A DNA stretch of 64,000 bases from Simkaniaceae bacterium (GTDB lineage Bacteria; Chlamydiota; Chlamydiia; Chlamydiales; JACRBE01): assembly GCA_021734805.1 (NCBI GenBank), contig JAIPIG010000001.1:15560-79559 (forward strand), in the 5' to 3' direction. Shown in pieces: positions 46,972 through 56,776 of the stretch; within the stretch, counting starts at the first letter, position 1; the number at the start of each line of letters is the position of its first letter. The position numbers were made by a program, and so were the translations under genes. The notes beneath the pieces were generated by a model, which did not search any database, had not been told where the DNA came from, and worked only from the letters and a program-made list of their open reading frames with translations.

Positions 46972-47109
46972 ATGCGAGTTAAAGCTTCTGTTAAAGCTGA
47001 TCCTCTTAAGGGAGATAAAATTGTAAGAAGACGTGGACGAGTCTACGTCATTAACAAAAAAGACCCTAATCGCAAACAAAGGCAAAAAGGACCAGCAAGA
47101 AAAAAATAA
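46972..47109 (+). CDS. rpmJ: 50S ribosomal protein L36, Cys-less (zinc-independent) form (below the ORF-track size cut-off)
   Basis: Hand translation gives [45 protein letters not shown]. No Cys residues. GAGG lies upstream. Confidence 0.9.
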   Translation: MRVKASVKADPLKGDKIVRRRGRVYVINKKDPNRKQRQKGPARKK

Positions 47110-47123
47110 CACTTTAGGAAAGT

Positions 47124-47429
47124 ATGGCAAGATCATCACAATTTGAAAAAGAGAAAAAGCGTCAGAAACTCATAAATAGCTATTATGAAAAGCGCCAAGC
47201 TCTAAAAAAAATCATTAGCAGTCCTTATTCAACTGAAGAAGAGAAAAAAGAGGCTATGATTAAGCTCAATAAGCTCCCACGCAACTCATCTCCAATCAGA
47301 GCGAGAAACCGTTGTTCGATGACAGGACGTCCTAGAGGGTATTTGAGAAAATTTAAAATCTCACGTCTTTGCTTTAGAGAGTTTGCTAATTCCGGACTGA
47401 TTCCGGGTATGTATAAAGCTAGCTGGTAG
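47124..47429 (+). CDS. rpsN: 30S ribosomal protein S14 (long form)
   Basis: [26 protein letters not shown]...PGMYKASW. 101 aa. Confidence 0.92.
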   Translation: MARSSQFEKEKKRQKLINSYYEKRQALKKIISSPYSTEEEKKEAMIKLNKLPRNSSPIRARNRCSMTGRPRGYLRKFKISRLCFREFANSGLIPGMYKASW

Positions 47430-47446
47430 GCATTAGCTTAAGAGTC

Positions 47447-47480
47447 AAAAAAAGCCGATATTTTTATCGGCTTTTTTTTT
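47447..47480. terminator. Bidirectional intrinsic terminator after rpsN
   Basis: AAAAAAAGCCGATA-ttttt-ATCGGCTTTTTTTTT between convergent genes. Confidence 0.8.
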
Positions 47481-47518
47481 ATCAAAGATTAGAGCGAAGT
47501 CGGCTTTTCGGTATAAAG

Positions 47519-47941
47519 CTATAGCTCGGGTTTTAATGTCTCTAAAATATTTTCTTTTGTCGATAAGACAACCCATTCCGTCATTGAGTCATTCCAGATA
47601 TACGAATCATTTTGAATATGCCCGGCCTCATATGCATCTTTAAATAATTGAAAGCTAAGCGGTCCAATTTGTTGATGGCTTTGATCGAGATAGTACCAAT
47701 CCATATGAGGAAAAGGGGGCTCAGGGGATTTTGGCGTCAGATCTAAAGGGATTTGATCCATTATATCCTCTTTTTTGACAACCCGCGGCAAGAAGGTCAA
47801 AATGAGTGGGGCTAATATACCGAATAAAAAGCCTAATCCAAACCAAAAATAGGGGTCTCTATTTTTTTTAATTGCAAATCTCGAAGTGAGATAGGCGATA
47901 AAGAGCAATAAGGGCATTAGAATATAAGGTGATGCGATCAT
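47519..47941 (-). CDS. Membrane protein with C-terminal GYF_2-like domain
   Basis: WYYLDQSHQQIGPLSFQLFKDAYEAGHIQNDSYIWNDSMTEWVVL resembles GYF_2/DUF4339. Two N-terminal TM helices. ATG 47941 with GGAGG upstream is preferred, which removes the overlap with the divergent gene. Confidence 0.6.
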   Translation of the reverse strand: MIASPYILMPLLLFIAYLTSRFAIKKNRDPYFWFGLGFLFGILAPLILTFLPRVVKKEDIMDQIPLDLTPKSPEPPFPHMDWYYLDQSHQQIGPLSFQLFKDAYEAGHIQNDSYIWNDSMTEWVVLSTKENILETLKPEL

Positions 47942-48057
47942 AAAAGCCTCCTTCCCAATTTTGTGAGAAATGTGAGTTAAGGATACCACTATACTAAAAT
48001 GAAACTTTATTTCATAATTGATAAAGTCAAATAGAGAGGATAATAGCCTCTCTAAAT

Positions 48058-48594
48058 ATGAGGCGGATATATATGAAAAATGAAGATCAACTATCACAAC
48101 TTTCTAAGAAAGATCAAATGAGTTTTACGGAGATCGATCCTAAAGAGCTCAATTATGCCGATACTGTTTTTGTTCGGGATATTGAGACGCGTGTATTTCA
48201 GGCAATTACAATCAAATGTCTTTCCAATATTGAAGGGATCTCTCTTCTTGAAGGGAATCTTTTTGATAATTTGCTTGGCCGTGAGGGAGTCGAGCGCGTT
48301 AAAGGGATTTATGTCGAACAAGACTCAAAAAGTCATTCGGTTAATCTCAAAATCGAGCTTAATATTGCTTATGGAATTTCAATTCCTCAAAAATCAGAGG
48401 AAATTCAATCTAAACTCGTTGATGATATCGTTAAATTAACGGGGTTGCATGTGGCAAGTGTGCACATTATCTTTAAGAATCTACTGCCTGAAGAGGATTT
48501 AGAAAATCTTCTTGCAGAAAAGATGAAAGATAATGCAACAGATGAAAAAGAAGTGAGTGAAGAGACCCTTAACGAATACTCAGAGGAATTTTAA
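48058..48594 (+). CDS. Asp23/Gls24 family envelope stress protein
   Basis: VFVRDIETRVFQAITIKCLSNIEGI...VNLKIELNIAYGISIPQKSEEIQSKLVDDIVKLTGLHVASVHIIFKNL fits the Asp23 pattern. An alternative ATG lies at 48073. Confidence 0.65.
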   Translation: MRRIYMKNEDQLSQLSKKDQMSFTEIDPKELNYADTVFVRDIETRVFQAITIKCLSNIEGISLLEGNLFDNLLGREGVERVKGIYVEQDSKSHSVNLKIELNIAYGISIPQKSEEIQSKLVDDIVKLTGLHVASVHIIFKNLLPEEDLENLLAEKMKDNATDEKEVSEETLNEYSEEF

Positions 48595-48617
48595 TCTATT
48601 TAGGAAGAAAGCTCTTT

Positions 48618-49118
48618 ATGAGGTTGTCTTATTACCTATCATCAATGCTGCACTTGTTTGTTGTATTGAGTACTTTTTGTCTGTCGGCATTATTCATAGC
48701 GCTCTCATTTGCGCCCCAATTGAGATTCTTTTGTTATGAGTTTCTCAGTGAAAGAGCAGATGATTTGACTTATATTGGGACAGCTATTGGAGTTTACGGC
48801 CTGCTTCTGTTACTCGTTTTTAGTTTTTTGTATCGCAAAAGCTATATCACCTTAAAGATGAAGGCCTGTGAGATCAAAATTGACGAGAGTCTGATCAAAT
48901 CGTATGTTCAAGAATACTGGAGAAAGGCTCTTCAAAATCCCAAAGCACAGATTCAAATTGTTATTCATGCAGATAGTCATATTGAAGTAGTGGCTCCTCT
49001 AGAGGATGTTGATTTTCAAGATGATCAGATGATTCTCCAACTTGAAAGAGAGCTGGGACAGCTCCTAGCGCAGCGTTTAGGGTATCAGAAAAAGTTCCTT
49101 CTAACGCTTGGTCATTAA
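48618..49118 (+). CDS. Membrane protein, possibly an AmaP-like anchor for the Asp23 protein
   Basis: Two N-terminal TM helices, 166 aa, immediately downstream of the Asp23-family gene. The call rests on context only. Confidence 0.3.
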   Translation: MRLSYYLSSMLHLFVVLSTFCLSALFIALSFAPQLRFFCYEFLSERADDLTYIGTAIGVYGLLLLLVFSFLYRKSYITLKMKACEIKIDESLIKSYVQEYWRKALQNPKAQIQIVIHADSHIEVVAPLEDVDFQDDQMILQLERELGQLLAQRLGYQKKFLLTLGH

Positions 49119-50944
49119 TCACTAACGATATTGAGGGCTTTTTTGATGTTTTTGGCATCTGTTTGGGAGATGCCTTTAACTTGTGTGATTTCTTCTAGCG
49201 AGGCCCTTTGGATTGCTTTCACAGATCCGAAATGGGTTAAGAGAAGGGCTCGTTTTTTTGGGCCTATTCCTTCAATAGTATCAAGCGAGCTCGAGATTAA
49301 TGATTTGCTTTTTTGTTTTCGGTAGTAGTTGATCGCCATGTCATGTGCGTCATCGCGTATGTTCTGTAGGAAAAATTGAAGAGGGGATTTAAGGGGGAGA
49401 GAAATTGGGTTGTCGTGAAGCGTTGTGAAAATGCGCTCAGCAGATAATCCCTTATCATGGCGCGCTTCTTCTTTAGCAAAAGCAATTAAATCACAGACAA
49501 CAATATTTAAATCGCTCAGTATTTTTTTAGCTAAATTGAGTTGTCCCTTGCCTCCGTCTAAGATAATGAGATTGGGCAGATGATCCTCTTTTTTTCCACG
49601 AGAAAGGCGCCTTTCAAGTGTTTCCTTCATAGAATAGTAATCTTCAGATTTTTCGGCATGTTTGATTTTATAGAGGCGGGACTCGTTTTTGCTTTTTTTC
49701 CCATTGATAAAGACGGCCATACTCGCAACGGGGTTTTCCATTGACATATGGGAAGTGTCAAAGCATTCAATGCGTGAAGGGAAATGACTCAGCTGACAAA
49801 CTTCTTGGAGTTGCATTAAAAGTTCTTGTGCTTCTTGTTCTTTTTTAGTGTGACTTTCTAAAAAGGCAGATGCATTTTTTTCTGCCATTGCAATGAGATT
49901 TTTCTTTTCCCCTTTTCGAGGGGTCACTAACTTGGGTTTTTCATGTCCCATTTCTTCAAGAATTTCAGCAATGGCATGGTGAAGAGGCATGGGGGTAAAG
50001 ATTTGTGGGGGGAGTGTGAGCGTTGCATAGTGTTGCAAAATAAATGTGGTTAATACTTCATCATCCGTTTGGAGTGTAGAAGGGATATAAAAGCATCTTG
50101 AGTCGGTAAATCGTCCCGATCGAATAAGGATTTTGGCAATGCAAGCTTCTCCCATTTCTTTACGTACGATAGCAAGGACATCCGTATCATCAATGTCAAA
50201 CCGCGTTGTATAGCGATGGTGCTCAATGACCTGTTTTAGAGCTTTAATTTGTTCGTGAATGAGAGCTGCTTTTTCAAATTCAAGGGCATTGGCATATTGT
50301 TTGCGCTTTTTTTCTAAATCACTCACAAGAGAGAGATCACTGCCTTTTAAAAAACGGACGATATGAGTCACGAGTTCAGCGTATTCTTCGTGGGTGCATA
50401 GATTAACACAAGGTGCCATACAGCGCTTCATGTCATAGAGAAGGCAAGGGCGCGCTCTCGATTTTAATTCTCGATCGGAGCATTGACGCAAAGGGAAAGC
50501 GCGAAGGAGCGTCTCATACGTTTGTCTGGCAGCAAATCCGCTGGTATAAGGGCCAAAATAAAGCCCCTTTTCTTTAGGTTTGCCTTTAAATCGGAGCATT
50601 TGGAGCATCGGCCATTGATCATTTGGGTTGATCATGAGGCTGATGTAAGTTTTATCATCTTTTAGAAGGACATTATATTTAGGCTTATGTTGTTTGATGA
50701 GACTATTTTCTAAAAGAAGCGCTTCCTTTTCAGATAGAGTAATAATTGTTTCGATGTGGGCAATTTGCGCAATGAGATAGGGGATCATCTGGCGCGTATC
50801 GCGGCCCTCTTGGAAATATTGCGAGATGCGTGTCTTTAAATTTTTAGCTTTCCCGACATATAATACGGCGCCTTTTTTATTGCGCATGAGATAGACACCG
50901 GGTTCTTTAGGGAAATGGGCTGTTTTCCAATTAAAATCGGCCAT
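49115..50944 (-). CDS. uvrC: Excinuclease ABC subunit C
   Basis: GIY-YIG N-terminus (GVYLMRNKKGAVLYVGKAKNLKTR), UvrBC domain and C-terminal HhH (IEGIGPKKRALLLTHFGS). Confidence 0.95.
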   Translation of the reverse strand: MADFNWKTAHFPKEPGVYLMRNKKGAVLYVGKAKNLKTRISQYFQEGRDTRQMIPYLIAQIAHIETIITLSEKEALLLENSLIKQHKPKYNVLLKDDKTYISLMINPNDQWPMLQMLRFKGKPKEKGLYFGPYTSGFAARQTYETLLRAFPLRQCSDRELKSRARPCLLYDMKRCMAPCVNLCTHEEYAELVTHIVRFLKGSDLSLVSDLEKKRKQYANALEFEKAALIHEQIKALKQVIEHHRYTTRFDIDDTDVLAIVRKEMGEACIAKILIRSGRFTDSRCFYIPSTLQTDDEVLTTFILQHYATLTLPPQIFTPMPLHHAIAEILEEMGHEKPKLVTPRKGEKKNLIAMAEKNASAFLESHTKKEQEAQELLMQLQEVCQLSHFPSRIECFDTSHMSMENPVASMAVFINGKKSKNESRLYKIKHAEKSEDYYSMKETLERRLSRGKKEDHLPNLIILDGGKGQLNLAKKILSDLNIVVCDLIAFAKEEARHDKGLSAERIFTTLHDNPISLPLKSPLQFFLQNIRDDAHDMAINYYRKQKSKSLISSSLDTIEGIGPKKRALLLTHFGSVKAIQRASLEEITQVKGISQTDAKNIKKALNIVSD

Positions 50945-50958
50945 GTATGAACCTTATA

Positions 50959-53580
50959 TTAGAGGAAGCCTTTTAATTGGGTTTGATAGTCTATTAAAAA
51001 TTGATGGGCTTCACGTGGAGAGATTTCATCTAGATCGAGTTGTTTGATTTCTTCAAGTAAGGATAAAGCGCGTTTGCGCGAAGATTCCAAAGGGGCGAAA
51101 AGAAGGAGTTGATCATCGCTTTCATCGTGGGCTATTTGTTTGTCGGGGCCTTCTTTTTTAGGGTTTTTTTCGAGATGGTGGAGAAGTTGCTTTGCTTTTT
51201 GTAAAACAATGAGAGGGACTCCCGCGAGTTGAGCCACGTGAATTCCATAGCTTTTATCAGCAGCGCCTTTAATGATTTTTCTTAGAAAGATGACTTGGTT
51301 CTCGGTTTCTTTCACGGCAACGCGATAATTGGTTATCCCATTGAACTCCTTTTCAAGCTCAGTCAATTCAAAATAATGGGTTGCAAAGAGGGTTTTTGGA
51401 GCTGTAGCCAATGGGGAAATAAGAAATTGCGCTACAGAAGATGCAATAGCAATGCCATCATATGTCGATGTCCCTCGGCCAATTTCATCGAGAATAATCA
51501 ATGATTGTTCGCATTTTCGATTTAAAATGCCGGCTGTTTCCGCCATTTCAACCATAAATGTTGAAAGTCCCCGAGAAAGATCATCACTTGCGCCAATGCG
51601 GGTGAAAAGGCGTTTAATCACTCCAATATGTGCGTGTGTAGCCGGAACAAAAGAGCCCATTTGCGCCATCAACACGATCAAAGCCACTTGGCGAATATAG
51701 GTTGATTTACCCGCCATATTGGGGCCTGTAATCATCATCATCTTTTCGGATTCATTGAGATCGGTGTCATTGGGAATAAAGGAATCGTCCTTCAGTGTTT
51801 TTTCAATGACAGGATGGCGACCGTCTACAATTTTAAGAATGGATGAGTGATCAACGATAGGGCATGTATAGCGGTGTTCTCGGGCAACAAGTGCCAGCGA
51901 AAGGAGGCAATCTAGCCGTGCAATTCCCTTAGAAATGGCCGTAATGTCTTGAGTATGCTTTTTAAGCGTGTCGAGTAGGGAGGAATAGAGCGTTTCTTCT
52001 AAGAGCTCAATTTGTGATTCGGCATTGAGGATTTTAGATTCGAATTCTTTGAGTTCTTGAGAAATAAAGCGTTCGGCATTCACAAGGGTTTGGCGTTTTT
52101 CAAAGGTGTTTGGCATGCGCAGAGACTGCGCTTTACTCACCTCAATGTAATACCCGAAGGCCCGATTAAAACTAACCCGCAATGTTTTAATATCCAACTC
52201 TTCGCGTAGGCGGATTTGATAATTTGAGAGATACGTTTGAGCACTTTTTTTTAATGATCTCAATTCATCTAAGGGGGGGTGGTAGCCATCTCGGATTGCC
52301 CCACCCTGATTTAATTTAACAGGTGGGTCATCACTAATTGCAGCTTTCACCAATTGCGTCATGGTATCGGTATTGCAAAGGGATTGATCAATTTGCCCAA
52401 TCAAAGGGGATTGTAAAGTTTGAATGAGCTCTTTAATCAGGGGAATGATTTGCAGTGAACTTTGGTATGCGGTGAGCTCTTTGGGGTGGATTGTCTTTGA
52501 TTCGATTTTGATTGTAAGGCGTTGTAAATCTTTAATAGAATGAAGTGCTCGTTTTAGATCATAGAGAAGAGAAGGGTGGTCGAGAAGCTCTTGAATGGCT
52601 TGTTGGCGTTTAGTGATCGATTCAATGCGAATGAGCGGATGCGTTATCCATGAGCGAAAAAGGCGAGCCCCCATCGCCGTCTGTGTTTGATCGAGCAAGT
52701 CAAGAAGCGTGTTGTGGGAGTCTTTATGTTCGGATTCGATAATTTCGAGATGTCTGAGCGTCGTATGGTCGACATTCATGGTGTGATTGAGCGAGAGGAG
52801 CGCAACCGTTGTCATCGAATCAAGAGACAAATTGAGTTCATCCCTGATATAGGAAAAAAGAGCTCCCAAGCTACAAATAGCTGCTGTGAGTCCTCTTAAG
52901 CCGAAACCATCTAAGTTCTGAGTCTTAAAGTGCTTTGTCAAACGGTGAAGGGATTGCTCGAGATTAAAGGCGTGATTTTCACAAAGAGCGATCCGGATAT
53001 CGAGCGCTTTTTCAATTTGAGCAATCAAATCACCGTGATTCTTAGCAAATTTTTCAGAGATTAAAAGCTCTTTAGGTTTTTTTTTGATGAGCTCATCATA
53101 GAGTTGATCAAAATTATCGAGTTGCATTGTGGCGAGTTCCGCCGTTGAGAGGTCGATCAGGGATAATCCGAGTGTCGCATTGACCTCTGCAATGGAGGCA
53201 AAAAAATTGTTTTGAATGTGGGGCGCTATATGGGTGGGAATATAAGTAGCCGGAGAAACAATTTGTGTGATCTCTCGACGAACGATCCCCTTAGCAACCT
53301 TGGGATCTTCCACTTGTTCTGCAATGGCAACGACCATTTTTTTAGCAATGAGGCGTTCGAGATATTGCTCGATGGTGTGGGCCGGGATTCCTGCCATCGG
53401 AATATCTTGTCGTTTAGTTAAAGTGATATCGAGAAGATCGGATAAACGGGTGGCATCATCATAAAAGGCTTCATAAAAATCCCCTAAGCGAAATAAAAGA
53501 AGAGCTCCTTTGGCTTTCTGTTTGCACTCTTGCCATTGTGCCATCATCGGTGTCGTTTTAATGGCCGTCATTGGAATCAT
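50959..53580 (-). CDS. mutS: DNA mismatch repair protein MutS
   Basis: TPMMAQW...GDFYEAF mismatch-binding N-terminus. Walker A ITGPNMAGKSTYIRQ. The start may be ATG 53571. Confidence 0.95.
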   Translation of the reverse strand: MIPMTAIKTTPMMAQWQECKQKAKGALLLFRLGDFYEAFYDDATRLSDLLDITLTKRQDIPMAGIPAHTIEQYLERLIAKKMVVAIAEQVEDPKVAKGIVRREITQIVSPATYIPTHIAPHIQNNFFASIAEVNATLGLSLIDLSTAELATMQLDNFDQLYDELIKKKPKELLISEKFAKNHGDLIAQIEKALDIRIALCENHAFNLEQSLHRLTKHFKTQNLDGFGLRGLTAAICSLGALFSYIRDELNLSLDSMTTVALLSLNHTMNVDHTTLRHLEIIESEHKDSHNTLLDLLDQTQTAMGARLFRSWITHPLIRIESITKRQQAIQELLDHPSLLYDLKRALHSIKDLQRLTIKIESKTIHPKELTAYQSSLQIIPLIKELIQTLQSPLIGQIDQSLCNTDTMTQLVKAAISDDPPVKLNQGGAIRDGYHPPLDELRSLKKSAQTYLSNYQIRLREELDIKTLRVSFNRAFGYYIEVSKAQSLRMPNTFEKRQTLVNAERFISQELKEFESKILNAESQIELLEETLYSSLLDTLKKHTQDITAISKGIARLDCLLSLALVAREHRYTCPIVDHSSILKIVDGRHPVIEKTLKDDSFIPNDTDLNESEKMMMITGPNMAGKSTYIRQVALIVLMAQMGSFVPATHAHIGVIKRLFTRIGASDDLSRGLSTFMVEMAETAGILNRKCEQSLIILDEIGRGTSTYDGIAIASSVAQFLISPLATAPKTLFATHYFELTELEKEFNGITNYRVAVKETENQVIFLRKIIKGAADKSYGIHVAQLAGVPLIVLQKAKQLLHHLEKNPKKEGPDKQIAHDESDDQLLLFAPLESSRKRALSLLEEIKQLDLDEISPREAHQFLIDYQTQLKGFL

Positions 53581-54088
53581 CCGCTGTTTTATTGAATAAA
53601 TTAATGATGGATTTTAAAAATGTCTTGGTCTTTTTTGCTTTTTTTCTTTCGTCTCTATTGAGATGTTCAATCTCTTCTAAAAGGACTTTTGCTTCGTGAA
53701 TACCTTTAGAAATCTGAACAACCACTCCCTCGCACCAGTTTTGAGCTTCTTGGATTTGCATCTGGATTTCTTCTAGCTTTTCTAAAATTTGCTCCGGAGG
53801 CTGATCGGCAATTGACGTTTCAATCAATTCTTCAGAAAACATCCGGTTTTTAAAATTTTGCGTCGCCTGTCTTAATTCAAAAATATCAATCAGAAGGGGA
53901 AGGAACATTTTTTTAAAGCCCTCTCGCAAATTATTATTTACGGATGTAGCTACAATTTTAGTCCCCTTTGAGGCTCCGATTTGCGAAATAGAACTTGAAA
54001 CTTGGTCGGTAATTTTGGATGCACTGAGCTTCGTGTAGACTTTTTTTTGAAATCCTTTTGGAACTGAATGATCTTGTTTCATAATCAA
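53558..54088 (-). CDS. Hypothetical coiled-coil protein
   Basis: 176-aa ORF overlapping the mutS start. Heptad-like EQILEKLEEIQMQIQEAQNW...EAKVLLEEIEHL. No motif recognised. Confidence 0.45.
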   Translation of the reverse strand: MIMKQDHSVPKGFQKKVYTKLSASKITDQVSSSISQIGASKGTKIVATSVNNNLREGFKKMFLPLLIDIFELRQATQNFKNRMFSEELIETSIADQPPEQILEKLEEIQMQIQEAQNWCEGVVVQISKGIHEAKVLLEEIEHLNRDERKKAKKTKTFLKSIINLFNKTADDSNDGH

Positions 54089-54164
54089 ATATGAAAAAAA
54101 TTAGGTTTATAAAATGCAATGTTATCGCATTTGTAACTTTAGAGCAATTCCCCATTTTGATATG

Positions 54165-54328
54165 ATCTCGACTTTGTACAATTTTCGGACGCAAGTTTTG
54201 CAAGATTTTGACATACAATCGGTTACTAATTCCTGCAATCGCCTTGAATACGCCATTACAGGAATTAGTAACCGATTGGATATCAAAAGATTGTGAAAAT
54301 CGCGCCGAAAAATGTACAAAGTCGAGAT
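54165..54328. repeat. 164-bp long imperfect inverted repeat in the divergent region upstream of dnaG
   Basis: The left arm ATCTCGACTTTGTACAATTTTCGGACGC...CAATCGGTTACTAATTCCTG (54165-54235) pairs with the right arm CAGGAATTAGTAACCGATTG...GCGCCGAAAAATGTACAAAGTCGAGAT (54259-54328). The terminal and innermost ~20 nt are near-perfect. Confidence 0.85.
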
Positions 54329-54360
54329 GACGACTATTTAAAATATATCATTTGAGTGCT

Positions 54361-56133
54361 ATGGGATATACTAGAGAAAGTTTAGAGGAGTTACGTTCAA
54401 AGGTCGACTTAATCGAAGTTGTCTCCTCGTATGTCAAATTGCAACGATCCGGTGCTTATTATAAAGGGCTTTGCCCTTTTCACAATGAAAAATCGCCCTC
54501 TTTTTTATTGCAGAAAGGGGATCATCATTACCACTGCTTTGGTTGTGGCGCTCATGGAGATGCGATTGCCTTTTTAATGAACTACATGAAAATGAGTTTT
54601 GCTGAGGCGGTGAAAACTCTCGCAGAAAAGTTCGGCGTTGCTCTGCAAGAATCGGATATCCAAGAGCAAAAGAAGCAAGCCACGGTTTCAAAGCTCAAAG
54701 ACATCATGAATGATGCAGCGCGGTTTTATCACTTTTATCTTCTCTATTCCGATGAAGGGCATCATGCTTTAAATTATTTATATGAAAGGGGGCTTGATCT
54801 CAAGTTCATTAAAGTGTTTCAGTTTGGATATGCGCCTAAAGACGATCATGTATTTATCAATATGATGAAGAAAAAGGGGTATTCCCTTGAAGATTTAGAA
54901 GAAGTGGGCCTTGTTAAAAAGCACAATCAGCGTTATCGAGCCTTTTTCACTTCGCGTGTCGCCATTCCCATGCACGATATGTTTAAAAATGTTGTGGGAT
55001 TTTCATGTCGCAAAATGGATGAGGGGGTTTTTGGTCCAAAATATATCAACTCTCCCGAGACGCTCCTCTTTAAAAAATCTCATTATCTATTTGGGATGTA
55101 TTATTCGCGCAAAAGAATTGCTAAAGAATATCGAGCATTGATCGTCGAAGGGCAAATTGATGCACTGCGCTTAATAGAAGAGGGCTTTGATTTCACAGTG
55201 GCAAGTCAAGGGACTGCCTTTGGCGAAACGCATGTTAAAGAGCTGATTAAACTGGGCGTGAAAAAGGTCTATATCGCATTTGATGGGGATAATGCGGGGC
55301 AGGAAGCCGCTGTTAAAGTAGGGCAACTCTTTCAAAAACAAGCAATTGAAGTCGATGTGATTCGGTTTGCTGAAGGGGAGGATCCGGATACGATCTTATC
55401 CGAACAGGGGGTTCCCGGCATGATGCAAAAAATTGAGTCTGCTGAAGAATATTTACCCTTTTTAGTCGCATTTACCTCTAAAAAGGGCAATATGTTAACC
55501 CCTGCCGGGAAGAATGAAATTGTGCGCACCGTTGTCAAAGCGATCCATGAATGGGAACACCCCCTCATGGTGCATGAGGGATTAAAGCGGCTCGCTGCAC
55601 TTGTTCAAGTCCCCGAATCAGTTGTTGTCCCACAATTCAAACAGATCAAAGAATTTGTTCCTAGAAATGTCTCCCTTTCTCAAATTGATATCGATCCTAA
55701 TAAAGTCTTAGAAATGGATCTTCTGCGTTGGATGCTCTTAGTCGATCAAATCAATCACCCTATTATGGAGTGGATTCAAAAAAACATCCAACATGAAGAT
55801 TTTCTTGTGCCCATCTGTCGAGATCTATTAGAGATTTTTTCTAAACATTATCAAAAAGAGCAAAACCTCAACTTAATTGCGATTGCCGCTTCGCTGACCA
55901 ATGCCGAACACCAATTGTTTCTAGCTGAAATCTTACAAAAAAAAGTCAATCTAGATCGGGCAGAAACTGCTGTCAAAGAGACGCTTCTTAAAATTCACGA
56001 GCGCAATTGGATGCAAAGGTGTGAAGAGATCAAAATAAAAATCCAAAATGGGGGGCACTCCCCTGAGGAAGTGACTGATCTCATTAAAGAATTTGATGCG
56101 CTTAAAAAGTCCCCTCCGGCCATTGCGGTATGA
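54361..56133 (+). CDS. dnaG: DNA primase
   Basis: CHC2 zinc finger CPFHNEKSPSF...HCFGCGAHGD. TOPRIM motifs VEGQIDAL and FDGDNAGQEAA. Confidence 0.95.
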   Translation: MGYTRESLEELRSKVDLIEVVSSYVKLQRSGAYYKGLCPFHNEKSPSFLLQKGDHHYHCFGCGAHGDAIAFLMNYMKMSFAEAVKTLAEKFGVALQESDIQEQKKQATVSKLKDIMNDAARFYHFYLLYSDEGHHALNYLYERGLDLKFIKVFQFGYAPKDDHVFINMMKKKGYSLEDLEEVGLVKKHNQRYRAFFTSRVAIPMHDMFKNVVGFSCRKMDEGVFGPKYINSPETLLFKKSHYLFGMYYSRKRIAKEYRALIVEGQIDALRLIEEGFDFTVASQGTAFGETHVKELIKLGVKKVYIAFDGDNAGQEAAVKVGQLFQKQAIEVDVIRFAEGEDPDTILSEQGVPGMMQKIESAEEYLPFLVAFTSKKGNMLTPAGKNEIVRTVVKAIHEWEHPLMVHEGLKRLAALVQVPESVVVPQFKQIKEFVPRNVSLSQIDIDPNKVLEMDLLRWMLLVDQINHPIMEWIQKNIQHEDFLVPICRDLLEIFSKHYQKEQNLNLIAIAASLTNAEHQLFLAEILQKKVNLDRAETAVKETLLKIHERNWMQRCEEIKIKIQNGGHSPEEVTDLIKEFDALKKSPPAIAV

Positions 56134-56675
56134 TAAGTGCGGCAATAATTTTGATCCCCCTTTTGGGGGCAGCCCTTTCAATTGTTATCTTTACACTCTA
56201 TAACGGCATTTCACCAATGCCCTCTTCTAAAAGAGCGAGACAGGCGATGATTGAAATGCTAAATGAGTCAAGCTCATTTTCTCAGGTGAAGATTATCCAT
56301 GAATTGGGTAGTGGGTGGGGGCATTTATCCATTGATCTCGCCCGCGCTTTTCCTGAAAAACACATTGTTGGAATTGAAAACTCTTGGATTCCTTATCTTG
56401 TATCCAAAATCCGGGCTTTTTATGTAAGACCTCCTAATCTGAGTATCCTATATAAAAATTTTTGGAGTCTGCATTTTTCTGAGATTGAGTGCCTTGTGAC
56501 TTATCAATACAGAAATGGAATGCAGCAAATATATTCCAAATGGCTTAAGGAGGGGAGAGGTCCTCTATTGTGCGTGAGTCATGTCTTTGCTATTGATCAT
56601 TTAAGAGCGGCTAACTCCAAGCAAGTCGATGATCTCTTTTCAAGTACGGTCTATCTTTATGACTTGTTTTTGTAA
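56130..56675 (+). CDS. Class I SAM-dependent methyltransferase with N-terminal TM helix
   Basis: Motif I IHELGSGWGHLS. ATGA overlap with the dnaG stop. Confidence 0.55.
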   Translation: MISAAIILIPLLGAALSIVIFTLYNGISPMPSSKRARQAMIEMLNESSSFSQVKIIHELGSGWGHLSIDLARAFPEKHIVGIENSWIPYLVSKIRAFYVRPPNLSILYKNFWSLHFSEIECLVTYQYRNGMQQIYSKWLKEGRGPLLCVSHVFAIDHLRAANSKQVDDLFSSTVYLYDLFL

Positions 56676-56776
56676 TTAATAATTTTAAAAATTCAGTTTA
56701 AACAATCAATTTGCTATTATTTTCTAGAAATTTTTGATTTTTTTATTACGATCTTGAGCTTCGGTTTTAAAAGAAA

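Noticed and set aside
46708-47139. 143-aa ORF on the minus strand
   Set aside because: It is antisense to rpmJ and overlaps the ends of the GT2 and rpsN genes. It has AT-rich low-complexity translation and no RBS.
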